This document shows, one piece after another, positions 45,472 to 54,473 of a stretch of 64,000 nt of DNA. The notes under the pieces are model-generated. The model saw nothing but the letters and a program-made list of their open reading frames with translations, made no database searches and was not told the DNA's origin. The position numbers were made by a program, and so were the translations under genes. The stretch comes from Thermoplasmata archaeon (GTDB lineage Archaea; Thermoplasmatota; Thermoplasmata; Lutacidiplasmatales; UBA184), in assembly GCA_028864975.1 (NCBI GenBank), contig JAGWLG010000006.1, positions 1 to 64,000 on the forward strand, in the 5' to 3' direction. How positions within the stretch are numbered: position 1 is the first letter of the stretch; each line of letters opens with the position of its first letter.

Positions 45472-46830
45472 TTGGACTCCCCAGCCCCCTCGGCGCTTCC
45501 TTCTCCCGTCCGGTCGCTTCCCCCCGAGGGCCTCCGAGCGCTGCGGTCCATCCCGCTCAAGGACTTCCTGCGGGCGGACCGCGAGGTCCGAGTCTTTGAG
45601 GGTCCCATCGAGCTCAAGCTGGGGGTCACCCGCGAGCTCCTGCGAGGCTCTCAGGGTCCGGTGTGGTTCCAAGGGACGGGCAAGGGTTCGCTCGTCGGGA
45701 ACCTCTGGGCCACGCGGGAGAGGGTCGCTCACTACTTCGGGATCGCCCCCTCCGGTCTCCCAGACCTGCTCCTGGAAGCGTTGGAGCATCCGATCGCCCC
45801 TGAACTGGTGCCTCGATCCCAGGCGACCTGGGCCGCCCACGAGGCCCCAGCCGACCTCACGAAGTTCCCGGTCCCGTGGTTCTACCCCGAGGATGCGGGG
45901 TCCTACTTGAGCGCGGCGGTGTTCTCGGCCCGCTGGCAGGGGAAACGGAACCTCTCCTACCACCGGGTCTGGGTACAGGGCCCCAGCGGCGGCCCAGTGC
46001 GCCTCGTTCCCCGACATCTCGACCGCATGGTCCGGGAGGCGCGGAAGGAGGGGATCGAGCTCCCGGTGGCGACCGTCCTCGGAGCCCCGCTGGAGTTCCT
46101 CCTGGCGGGCGCGGTCTCGACGGACTACGCGGTCGACGAGATGGAGATCGCCTCCGCACTTTGCCGCAAACGGACGGGGCGACCCTTGAGGGTCGTCGAG
46201 CTCGAGAGCGGAGCGCGGGTCCCCGCGGAGGCGGAGATCGTGCTCGAGGGGAAGTTCCTGAAGAAGGATGTCCCGGAGGGTCCCTTCCTCGACATCCTCG
46301 GGACCTACGACGCCGTCCGCGACCAGCCGGTGGTCGAGTTCCACCGGATGTACCACGTCGAAGACCCGGTCCTCCCGGTCATCGTCGCCGGCTCACGCGA
46401 GCACTTCATCCTCATGGGTCTCCCGCGGGAGCCCATGATCCTTCGCGCGGTGCGGGCTGTGGTGCCCGGGACCAAGGCGGTGCGGCTGACCGAAGGCGGC
46501 GCGGCGTGGTTGCACGGCGTGGTCTCGATCGACAAGCGCCGGGACGGCGACGGCCGCAACGCGATCCTGGCGGCGCTATCGGGCCACGCGTCGATGAAGC
46601 GGGTCGTGGTGGTGGACCAGGACATCAACATCTTCGATGACCAGGAGGTCGAGTGGGCCATCGCGACCCGGTTCCAGGCGGACCGCGGTTTGCTCACCAT
46701 TCCGCATGCCGTGGGGTCATCGCTCGACCCGAGCGCCAGCACGGACGGACTCACGTGCAAGTGGGGGCTGGACGCCACGCTGCCCGTCAAGCTCGACCGG
46801 CGGCCCTTCACGAAGGGCCGTCTGCCCTAG
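45472..46830 (+). CDS. UbiD-family decarboxylase, probable anhydromevalonate phosphate decarboxylase
   Basis: GNLWATRE, NLSYHR, PAEAEIVLEG, EGPFLDILGTYD, VVVDQDINIFD, WAIATRFQAD. Confidence 0.75.
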   Translation: MDSPAPSALPSPVRSLPPEGLRALRSIPLKDFLRADREVRVFEGPIELKLGVTRELLRGSQGPVWFQGTGKGSLVGNLWATRERVAHYFGIAPSGLPDLLLEALEHPIAPELVPRSQATWAAHEAPADLTKFPVPWFYPEDAGSYLSAAVFSARWQGKRNLSYHRVWVQGPSGGPVRLVPRHLDRMVREARKEGIELPVATVLGAPLEFLLAGAVSTDYAVDEMEIASALCRKRTGRPLRVVELESGARVPAEAEIVLEGKFLKKDVPEGPFLDILGTYDAVRDQPVVEFHRMYHVEDPVLPVIVAGSREHFILMGLPREPMILRAVRAVVPGTKAVRLTEGGAAWLHGVVSIDKRRDGDGRNAILAALSGHASMKRVVVVDQDINIFDDQEVEWAIATRFQADRGLLTIPHAVGSSLDPSASTDGLTCKWGLDATLPVKLDRRPFTKGRLP

Positions 46831-46845
46831 GTCCCCTCGAAGTGC

Positions 46846-47361
46846 TCAGGTCTTCTCGGTGAGCTTGGGGGGCACCGCGGTGTCCATGTCGGACGCGCAG
46901 TACTTGCACCGGGTGGCCTTGAGAGGGATCTCGGAGATGCAGTACGGGCACTCCTTGGTGGTGACCTCGGGCTTGGGCTTCTTGGCCTCTTGTCGCGCTT
47001 TCATCGTCGCCATAGGCTTGACGATGAGGAGAAAGACCACGAGGGCGATGAGGACGAACGAAATGACCACGTTGACGAGCGCTCCGAGGGCGAAGTGGAT
47101 CTGCTCCGGCACCCCCGTCGCGTTGTGGGCGTAGGTGACGTTGACATACCACGAACCGAAGTTGGCCGCTCCGGTGGCGGGAGCGATCATCGGGGTGACG
47201 ACATCGCCGACCATGCCGTTGACCACGGCCCCGAAGGCTAGGCCGATGACAATCCCCACGGCCATGTCGATGACGTTGCCCTTCGTGATGAACGAACGGA
47301 ACTCGTCCAGAAGTTTGACCTTCGGAATGGGGACCTTGGGGACCTTCGGCATTCGCGTCAT
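46846..47361 (-). CDS. mscL: Large-conductance mechanosensitive channel with C-terminal zinc ribbon
   Basis: EFRSFITKGNVIDMAVGIVIGLAFG, second TM, CPYC...CKYC. Confidence 0.92.
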   Translation of the reverse strand: MTRMPKVPKVPIPKVKLLDEFRSFITKGNVIDMAVGIVIGLAFGAVVNGMVGDVVTPMIAPATGAANFGSWYVNVTYAHNATGVPEQIHFALGALVNVVISFVLIALVVFLLIVKPMATMKARQEAKKPKPEVTTKECPYCISEIPLKATRCKYCASDMDTAVPPKLTEKT

Positions 47362-47433
47362 GGTTCGTGCCCGCGGGGCGGACCGTCCTCAGCTAAAATG
47401 CTTGTGGACCCCCCGCTGAGAAGGGCGCACCGG

Positions 47434-47988
47434 TCAGGCCTCGTCGAGGTCCGGCGGCGGGGCCCCGCCGCCCCTTGCTCGTCCCTGAGGTCCGTGAACG
47501 GTTCGAGGTCGCGTGAAGGTCGGGGGCTCGGAGTCGTCCTCCGGTCCGCCATCCTCGAGGACATCGAGGTGGACCTCTTCTCCACGGCCATCGTACGCTC
47601 GCCAGCAACCCCGGGTGAAGGGGTTCCCGAGGATCAAGTGGCGAAGCCCCCAGTGATGGAAGAGCTGCAAGTCCGCGTCCGAGGGATGGAGGGCGCCGGA
47701 AGGGTGCGAGTGAACGGTACCGATGACCGTGAAATCCGCGGGCAGCATCCAGAGCTGCAGGTTCGCGTGCTTGTGTCCCGCTGTGGTCCCCGGGAGGAAG
47801 AGGAGCTCGGTGATCACCCCTGGTTCGTCCGAGCGCAGCATGCCGCCGAACTCGTTCGGCAGGGACGATCGGCCGCAGGCGAGCGCGCTCTGAAGCACGC
47901 TGCGCCGGATCGAGTTCAGGGGGACCTTCGCGAGGCTCCCCGCCGAGGCGCGCTGGGCCTCCTTACGTCGGGGGCGGAAGATCGGCAC
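47434..47988 (-). CDS. JAB1/MPN (JAMM) metalloprotease
   Basis: PNEFGG and HSHPSGALHPSDAD (JAMM motif). Confidence 0.85.
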   Translation of the reverse strand: MPIFRPRRKEAQRASAGSLAKVPLNSIRRSVLQSALACGRSSLPNEFGGMLRSDEPGVITELLFLPGTTAGHKHANLQLWMLPADFTVIGTVHSHPSGALHPSDADLQLFHHWGLRHLILGNPFTRGCWRAYDGRGEEVHLDVLEDGGPEDDSEPPTFTRPRTVHGPQGRARGGGAPPPDLDEA

Positions 47989-48826
47989 GGTTCCCCGTCA
48001 GCGCCCAGGGGATGAGCGCCTTGGCCTGCAGTCGCTGGAAGAAGTGGGAGCTGAAGCGGATCAGGCGCGCCCGCCGGGCCGACCGATAGCACTTCACGTC
48101 CATCCCTCGAGGCAGTCGTTCCTCGCGGTGTCCGTCGACCACGACGACAGTTTCCCGGTCCTCTTCGACCGGTCGGACCGAGATCTCCCGCAGCGGAGCG
48201 ACGACCAAGGGCCGGGCAAAGGCGGAGTAGGGCGCGATCGCGGTGAGGACCGTAGCGTCGATCGCGGGGTCGACGACCGGACCCCCCGTGCTCAGCGAGT
48301 AGGAAGTGGACCCCGTGGGCGTGGCCAGGATAACCCCGTCCGCTCGAAGCCGCCCTAGGGGTTTCCCGTCGATGGCGACCTCAAAGGTCCGCATCCTCGC
48401 CACCTGGGCGGTGTGGATGACCACCTCGTTGACCGCGTCCGGGAGATTGCGGTCCCCGACCCGGGTGGCGAGCTTCATCCGGTCCTCACAGATGTAGGCC
48501 CCACGCACCACCCGCTCCAGGGCGCCGTCCAAGGTGTCGTAGTCCGGGTCCACCTCGGTGAGGAAACCTACGGTGCCGGTGTTGATGCCGAGCACGGGGC
48601 ACTCGGTCCGGTGCAGGACGTAGAGCAGGCTCCCGTCCCCTCCGAGGGCGAGCAGGACGTCGACGCGCATGTCCTCGATCGGCTCCCCGGGGAGCCCCAA
48701 AGCGCTCGCGGTGTCGCGCGCGACCGAGAGCTCGACCCGGTCCTTCAGGCGGTCGTGGATGATCCGGGCGAGGTTGAGCGCTTTCTCGTTGAACGGATTG
48801 GCGGTGACGCCCACCGAGATCATCAC
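47963..48826 (-). CDS. ppnK: NAD kinase
   Basis: GGDGS, GINTGTVGFL, NEVV, DG..LATPTGSTSYSLSTGGP. Confidence 0.92.
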   Translation of the reverse strand: MMISVGVTANPFNEKALNLARIIHDRLKDRVELSVARDTASALGLPGEPIEDMRVDVLLALGGDGSLLYVLHRTECPVLGINTGTVGFLTEVDPDYDTLDGALERVVRGAYICEDRMKLATRVGDRNLPDAVNEVVIHTAQVARMRTFEVAIDGKPLGRLRADGVILATPTGSTSYSLSTGGPVVDPAIDATVLTAIAPYSAFARPLVVAPLREISVRPVEEDRETVVVVDGHREERLPRGMDVKCYRSARRARLIRFSSHFFQRLQAKALIPWALTGNRADLPPPT

Positions 48827-49665
48827 CAGTACCCCTCACGGTGGCCTTCTTGGAGGAGGCGCTTGTCGCCCCAGGCGAGCAGGGAGGTACGGTTCTCCAG
48901 GTTGAGCAGGACGTCCAACGGCCTTCCGTGGGAATCGGCGATGCCACCTCCCGCCTCCTTGAGGATGAGCACGGCCGCCGCGATGTCCGTGACTCGGAGG
49001 TTCAGCGACTGCGGCGAGTTGTCGGAGTAGTATCCGTCCGCGCCCCCTTGGGCCACCATCGCGATCTCGAAGGAAGCACACCCTAGCGAGCGGATCCGGC
49101 GGCTCCTTTGGGCGAGCGCATGGGCGCGCGTCGAGGCGTTGGTCCCGAGGTTGACGAAGAAGAGCTCCTCATGGGACACCCAAGGACGCGTTGCGAGCCG
49201 TCGCCCGTCCATCCAAGCTCCTCCCCCATCGGTCGCCCAGAACGTGATACCGGTATCGATGTCGTGCACCACGCCCACCCGCAGGTCGGAGAGCTTCTCC
49301 TTGCCGAGCGCCAGGGAGACCGTTGCAAAGGGCAGCCCACGCAACGCGTTGTGGCTCCCGTCCACGGGGTCCAGGACGAGCAGGTCATGGCCCCCGCGGT
49401 CGATGAAACCCAGTTCCTCCGAGAGCACGTTCCAAGGGATCCGTTCCTGCTCGAGGAAGGAGAGGACCTGGGCCTCCGCGACCCGGTCGAGTTGGGCGGT
49501 GGGGGAGCCGCTCGCCCCCATGGCGACCTCCCGCTCTTTGTGGGGGGAGGAGAGGACCTGGCGTACCGCGTTGTGCACCGCGTAGGAGAGGCGGACGAGG
49601 ATCTCCAGGTCCGACGCATTATCGACAGCGGTGGGCACGCCCTCGCGAGCCCTCCCCTCCACCAT
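48823..49665 (-). CDS. Inositol monophosphatase family (IMPase/FBPase/NADP phosphatase)
   Basis: LDRVAE, SEELG, LDPVDGSHNA, RSLGCAS, DIAAA. Confidence 0.88.
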   Translation of the reverse strand: MVEGRAREGVPTAVDNASDLEILVRLSYAVHNAVRQVLSSPHKEREVAMGASGSPTAQLDRVAEAQVLSFLEQERIPWNVLSEELGFIDRGGHDLLVLDPVDGSHNALRGLPFATVSLALGKEKLSDLRVGVVHDIDTGITFWATDGGGAWMDGRRLATRPWVSHEELFFVNLGTNASTRAHALAQRSRRIRSLGCASFEIAMVAQGGADGYYSDNSPQSLNLRVTDIAAAVLILKEAGGGIADSHGRPLDVLLNLENRTSLLAWGDKRLLQEGHREGYW

Positions 49666-49776
49666 AACCCTTGCCGTGTTCAAGCGCGATGCCGTCGCGC
49701 CGACGGCCTCCCCGCCTCACCTCACGAGGCTCGGCGCCGGGCCCAAGCTTAAGACGGACCCTGTCTGGGCCCCGAC

Positions 49777-51009
49777 GTGGAGATCCAGTTCCTAGGTGGA
49801 GCCGAACAGGTAGGGTCGCTGGGAATGGTCCTGCGCGACGGGACCCAGAAGGTGCTCTTTGACTACGGCATGACCCCGTCCGATCCCCCCGAGTACCCCT
49901 TGCCCGTGCCCTCGGGGGTCTCCCATTGCTTCCTCTCGCACTGCCACCTCGACCACTCCGGGATGGCCCCCGCCGCGACCCGAGGGCCCCACACCCAGAT
50001 GGTCACGACGGACCTCACTCGAACCGTGGCGGAGCTCCTGCTCATGGACTCGCTCAAGATCGCTCGAGCGGAGCGATACCCCGAGCCGTTCTCGTACAAG
50101 GAGCTCAAGAGCTGGACGTCCAAGACCGTCGGCATGCGCCGGAAGGAGTCCTTTAAGGTCAACGACGTGGAGGTCGACCTCACCTCGGCAGGTCATGTCC
50201 CCGGCGCCGCCATGTTCCGATGGCGTGGCTCGAAGGACCTCATCTTCACCGGGGACGTCCACACGCGCCCGACCCACTTGGTGCAAGGGGCGGAGCCGCT
50301 CGAGGCGGACATCCTCGTGATGGAAAGCACCTACGCCGGGCGGGAGCACCCCGACCGAGCGGAGGAGGACGACCGCTTCCGCAAGGAGGTGGAGACCATC
50401 GTCGGCGGAGGAGGGCAGGTGATCGTCCCCGCCTTCGCGGTCGGGCGCACCCAGGAGATCCTCATGACGCTCGCCGAGTGCAACTACGACATCTGGGTCG
50501 ACGGGATGGGACGCGCGGTCAACGAGATCTATCTTGACAACCCGAGCTACTTGCGGGACCCCAGGGCCCTACGGCGGGCGATCGAGTCGGCCTACATCGT
50601 CGAGGCGCCCTACGAGCGGGAGACCGCACTCTCCGAGGCGGAGGTCATCGTCACCACCGGAGGGATGCTGGACGGTGGGCCGGTCCTCCACTATCTGAAA
50701 GCGCTCCATCGGAATCCCAAGAACGCCCTTTTCCTCGTGGGTTTCCAGGTGGACGGCTCGAACGGTCGTCAGCTCCTGGATTCGGGAGCCATCACGTTCG
50801 ACGAGCGGACCCTCCGCCCGAAGCTTCAGATCAAGACGTTCGACTTCTCCTCCCACGCCGGGCACTCGGACCTCGTCGGTCTCGCGAAGGCCGTCCGACC
50901 GAAGACGATCGTGCTCATGCACGGCGACCATCGGGAGGCCCTTGCCGAGGAGCTTCGGAAGGAGTTCCAGGTCCTCATGCCCATGAACGGGGAGACGCTG
51001 ACGGTCTGA
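49777..51009 (+). CDS. Beta-CASP metallo-beta-lactamase ribonuclease (aCPSF2-like)
   Basis: SHCHLDHSG, AGHVPG, TGD, MESTY, FAVGRTQE, GGMLDGG, FSSHAG, HGD; no KH domains. Confidence 0.88.
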   Translation: MEIQFLGGAEQVGSLGMVLRDGTQKVLFDYGMTPSDPPEYPLPVPSGVSHCFLSHCHLDHSGMAPAATRGPHTQMVTTDLTRTVAELLLMDSLKIARAERYPEPFSYKELKSWTSKTVGMRRKESFKVNDVEVDLTSAGHVPGAAMFRWRGSKDLIFTGDVHTRPTHLVQGAEPLEADILVMESTYAGREHPDRAEEDDRFRKEVETIVGGGGQVIVPAFAVGRTQEILMTLAECNYDIWVDGMGRAVNEIYLDNPSYLRDPRALRRAIESAYIVEAPYERETALSEAEVIVTTGGMLDGGPVLHYLKALHRNPKNALFLVGFQVDGSNGRQLLDSGAITFDERTLRPKLQIKTFDFSSHAGHSDLVGLAKAVRPKTIVLMHGDHREALAEELRKEFQVLMPMNGETLTV

Positions 51010-51045
51010 CCTCGGAACTCGGTGGGCCGACGGCCCTCCCCTGGT

Positions 51046-52116
51046 TCACTCGCGGATGGGTGGCAAGGGCGGAAGCTCGGTCCCTTCGCCCTTGAGCAGC
51101 CCCCCGACCCGACCCAGGAGCTCCTCGATGCCTTCCCCTGTGGTGCAGGAGATCTTGAGGCGTGTGGAAGGGGTGCGCTCGAGGTCGGCCTTGTTCTCCA
51201 CCTCGACAAAGGTCCGGTCGGGGAAGGCGTCTCGTAGGCGGAGAAGGAGTGCTTCCTGCTCCGAGAGCGGCCATCCGCAGGACCCCGAGGGGTCCAACAG
51301 GAAGACGACCACCTGTCCACTCTCCCGGATCGCAAGAAAGGCCTCGCGCTCGATTGGGTTACGCTCCTCCTCCGAGCGTTCCAGCATGCCCGGAGTGTCG
51401 ACGAACTGGGTCCGTCCGACCCGGCCGAGCTTGGCATGGCCCACCGCGACCGCGACGGTCGTGAAGGGATACGACGCGATCTTCGGGCGCGCGCGGGTCA
51501 GGCGCGCCAGCAGCGACGACTTCCCCACGTTCGGGTACCCCACCACGGCCACGGTCGACGCCTGGTCCTCAAGAGACGGGCGGTCGCGGAGCAAGCGCTC
51601 GCCTTCCTTCAGTCGAAGAAGGTCGGGGGCGACCTCGCGAATGAGGCTCGCCGATCGGCCGTAGTACCTCCGCACCGCTTGCGCGATCTCCTCCCGCTCG
51701 GCAAGCCGGGGCACTCGGCGTTCCTCTTCCGTGCGCAGACGAATGAGGCGCTCCTGAGCACGTCGGACCCGAAGCAGGGAGCGGTCGAGCGCGCCCGGCC
51801 CCCAACGGGCATCGAGGAGCGCCCTTCGGAACGCGCCCACCGACTCGGCGTCGCTCAGCGTCCGTGAACGGATGCGCAGCTGCCGGAGAAGGTTTCCCGA
51901 GGTACGTCCGATCTTCCGCAAGGCGAGCCGCCGCTGCCGTTCCAGAGCCGAGTCCCCTGAGGTGGCGACCTTCGCGGCCCGATGGAAGGCGAGCTCCAGC
52001 ATCTCCTGGACCAGCCGCTCCTCGGCCGTGGTCTCTCGAACTCCTCCCGAAGGATTCCCCCGAGTCGGGGTGGGGCGGGCTACCCTTCGCGGGCGGCCCC
52101 GAACGGTCGTACCCAT
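51046..52116 (-). CDS. NOG1 family GTP-binding protein
   Basis: GYPNVGKSS, YPFTT, DTPG, NKAD, helical N-domain. Confidence 0.88.
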   Translation of the reverse strand: MGTTVRGRPRRVARPTPTRGNPSGGVRETTAEERLVQEMLELAFHRAAKVATSGDSALERQRRLALRKIGRTSGNLLRQLRIRSRTLSDAESVGAFRRALLDARWGPGALDRSLLRVRRAQERLIRLRTEEERRVPRLAEREEIAQAVRRYYGRSASLIREVAPDLLRLKEGERLLRDRPSLEDQASTVAVVGYPNVGKSSLLARLTRARPKIASYPFTTVAVAVGHAKLGRVGRTQFVDTPGMLERSEEERNPIEREAFLAIRESGQVVVFLLDPSGSCGWPLSEQEALLLRLRDAFPDRTFVEVENKADLERTPSTRLKISCTTGEGIEELLGRVGGLLKGEGTELPPLPPIRE

Positions 52117-52172
52117 GGCCCCTCGGGCAGGGTCCGCCGCTCGATAAAGCGGCTCCGGCTCGGGCGAGCGCC

Positions 52173-52979
52173 CTAGGGCAGGCGTTGCTGGAAGGTCCCG
52201 GGGCCGTAGTTCAGGGGTTCCAGCCCCATCTCCCTGCGGAACAGGTTCACGGACTCGGGTGCGAAGCCCGCGAAGTGATTGTTGAAGAAGACGAAGGCCC
52301 GTTCGACCCGCTGAGCTTCGGCGCGGAGCCTGTCCGACCAGAGACGGACCACGGGGGTACGGTCGACCCGCACCTCGCCATGGACCTCTTCAGGAACGGT
52401 GGTGTGGTCCCCGATGAACCGGAGATAAAGAAAGTCGGTCGTCACCTTGGGAGGGACTTCGACGTACGTCAGGTAGGACCAGACGAGCGCGATCTGGCGC
52501 CGGGAGAGCTCGCCAAGGAGCCAGGCCAGTTGGTCCCCTTCGAACCAGGCCCGGTCACGCAGCTCCAGAGCGTAACGGAGGTCGCCATCCAGGGCATCCA
52601 TGAGGGCGACCACGTGGTCTCGCGCCTTTCCAGGCCTGACCCATGGAGTGAACTGGAGCAAGATGGGTCCAAGTTTCTCTCCCAGGACCCGCGCCGTCCC
52701 GAGGAAGGCGCCCAATCGGTCGCGGTCGAGCGGGACCTTGGGGTCGAGGAAATCCCTCGTCAGTTTCAGGGTGAAGCGGAACGCTGGAGGGGTTCGAGAC
52801 CTCCAGCCCTCGATCATGCCCCTCGGCGGGGGTCGATAGTAGCTCGAGTCGACCTCGACGCTGTCGAACGACCGCGCGTACCACGCGAGGCGTTCGCTGT
52901 CCTTGAGGGTCTTCGGATAGACCCGACCCCACCATGCTTCGGAGGTCCAGGATGAGCAACCGATCCTGAGGTCGGCCAC
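52173..52979 (-). CDS. DUF72 family protein
   Basis: GCSSW...W.G.VYP, VEVDSSYY, LGPILLQF, ALELR, YLRFIG, VFFNNH. Confidence 0.9.
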   Translation of the reverse strand: MADLRIGCSSWTSEAWWGRVYPKTLKDSERLAWYARSFDSVEVDSSYYRPPPRGMIEGWRSRTPPAFRFTLKLTRDFLDPKVPLDRDRLGAFLGTARVLGEKLGPILLQFTPWVRPGKARDHVVALMDALDGDLRYALELRDRAWFEGDQLAWLLGELSRRQIALVWSYLTYVEVPPKVTTDFLYLRFIGDHTTVPEEVHGEVRVDRTPVVRLWSDRLRAEAQRVERAFVFFNNHFAGFAPESVNLFRREMGLEPLNYGPGTFQQRLP

Positions 52980-53165
52980 GAGATGGGAGGGCGCCTCGAC
53001 TACGTGCCGTTTGCGCTGTCAGGTCGCTGACGGACGAACCGCTCGTGGGGAACCTGGAAGTTACCCCACGTTAGTGGCGTGAAGGGAAGGCCAGCGGCGC
53101 CCTCGGAGCTCCGGACGAAGGCGAGGGGCCGAGGTCCCGGGCGCACACCGAGAGGGACCGCCCAC

Positions 53166-53879
53166 CTACGCCAGCGGAGAAGATCCACCGCGCAGAAGCG
53201 TGGGGACCTCGCTGGCCTCGAGGGGGCGACGGTCCTCGATCCTCTCACAAAGGCGGAACACATCCCTTTGGAGGCTTCGGGTCTGTTCCCGCAGAGGATC
53301 GAGCCGGGTCTCGACGAGGTTGGTCAAGTGCCAGTCCGCCGCGGCCCACTCCGCTCCGCTCTTCGCTCCCTCCTCGGCCAGGGGGTCCGCCCGAAGGAGA
53401 CGGTCGGCGAGGTCGGTCGGGAAGTTCCCAGAGAACACTCCCCGGAGCTCAAAGGCCAGTCGAATGACCGAAGCTCGAGGGCTCGAGCGCGGGGCGGAGA
53501 GAAGCTCGCGCGCGAAGGCCAAGCTTTCCTGCGAGGTCGTCTGAAGCGCGGTGGCGATCGCCCCCAGCTCCTCCGAGACCGGTACGAGCGGGGCCAAGCA
53601 CCTCCCGGCTTGTAGGTCCCTCGAGAAGTCCTTCATGAGGTTCGCGACGCCCTCGAGCTTCGTTCCCAAGTCGACCTTCTCCCAGACGCGTAGGTCGCGG
53701 ACTCCGTCGTTCCCCATGAGCTCGAGGTCGGAGGCCAAGAGGTGGAGCGAGGTCGAGAGGGGCGGATTCTTGTCTCCCAGGTCCTGGAGCTCCGGCGACG
53801 GGCCGCTCACCGGCAGCGCCCGGACGCCCGAGACCAACCCCCGAAGGAGTCTCAGGGCCGGGTCCGCGCCCAAGGACAT
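53166..53879 (-). CDS. Hypothetical alpha-helical protein
   Basis: Only long ORF filling the gap; Leu/Arg/Glu-rich helical pattern; no motif recognised. Confidence 0.55.
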   Translation of the reverse strand: MSLGADPALRLLRGLVSGVRALPVSGPSPELQDLGDKNPPLSTSLHLLASDLELMGNDGVRDLRVWEKVDLGTKLEGVANLMKDFSRDLQAGRCLAPLVPVSEELGAIATALQTTSQESLAFARELLSAPRSSPRASVIRLAFELRGVFSGNFPTDLADRLLRADPLAEEGAKSGAEWAAADWHLTNLVETRLDPLREQTRSLQRDVFRLCERIEDRRPLEASEVPTLLRGGSSPLA

Positions 53880-54055
53880 GACAGAAGGGCATTCGGCCTT
53901 CGAGTAGTTAATCGGTGGCTATCCGAGCGGAAATGCGACGAATCGTTGGCCCGTCCGTCCGAGGATTCGGGACGTGCGCGGGGACCTCCGGGGCTCGGTC
54001 GAGCCGACCGCGAGGACGAGGCGTACTTTCATAAGAGGACCCGCATGGCGGAAGC

Positions 54056-54346
54056 ATGGCCGGCATCGGTACCCTGCGCGCCAACTCGAACGCGAACATT
54101 GAGGCCACGATCACGGCCGTCTCCGCCCCCCGCCACGTGGTGACGTCCCGAGGACCCTCGGACGTCGCGGACGCCACGCTCCAAGACGAGACGGGAACGA
54201 TCACTTTCACGCTCTGGGGAGCCGACGTCAACAAGTACAAGGTGGGTCAGAAGGTCAAGATCAGCGACGGCTGGGTAAAGGAGTACCGAGGGAAGCTCCA
54301 GCTTTCGCTCGGGCGCAGCGGCTCGGTCACTATCCTCGGACCTTAG
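54056..54346 (+). CDS. Single OB-fold ssDNA-binding protein
   Basis: LQDETGTITFTLWG, KISDGWVKEYRGKLQLSLGRSG. Confidence 0.88.
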   Translation: MAGIGTLRANSNANIEATITAVSAPRHVVTSRGPSDVADATLQDETGTITFTLWGADVNKYKVGQKVKISDGWVKEYRGKLQLSLGRSGSVTILGP

Positions 54347-54473
54347 GACGCCGACGTGGCCCGCCGCCGGGCGGGCGGTACGCATCTAGGGCCCTCCGGC
54401 GGACGCTCAGCGCAACGCCCCATCCCAAGACGATATACCCCCCTTCGGCTGCGAGGCCAACCGGGGCTCGAAC

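Noticed and set aside
54347-54473. Glycine riboswitch upstream of gcvPA
   Set aside because: No GGAGA...CCGAAG...CUCUCAGG pattern; only GC-rich stems and a TATA-like GATATA
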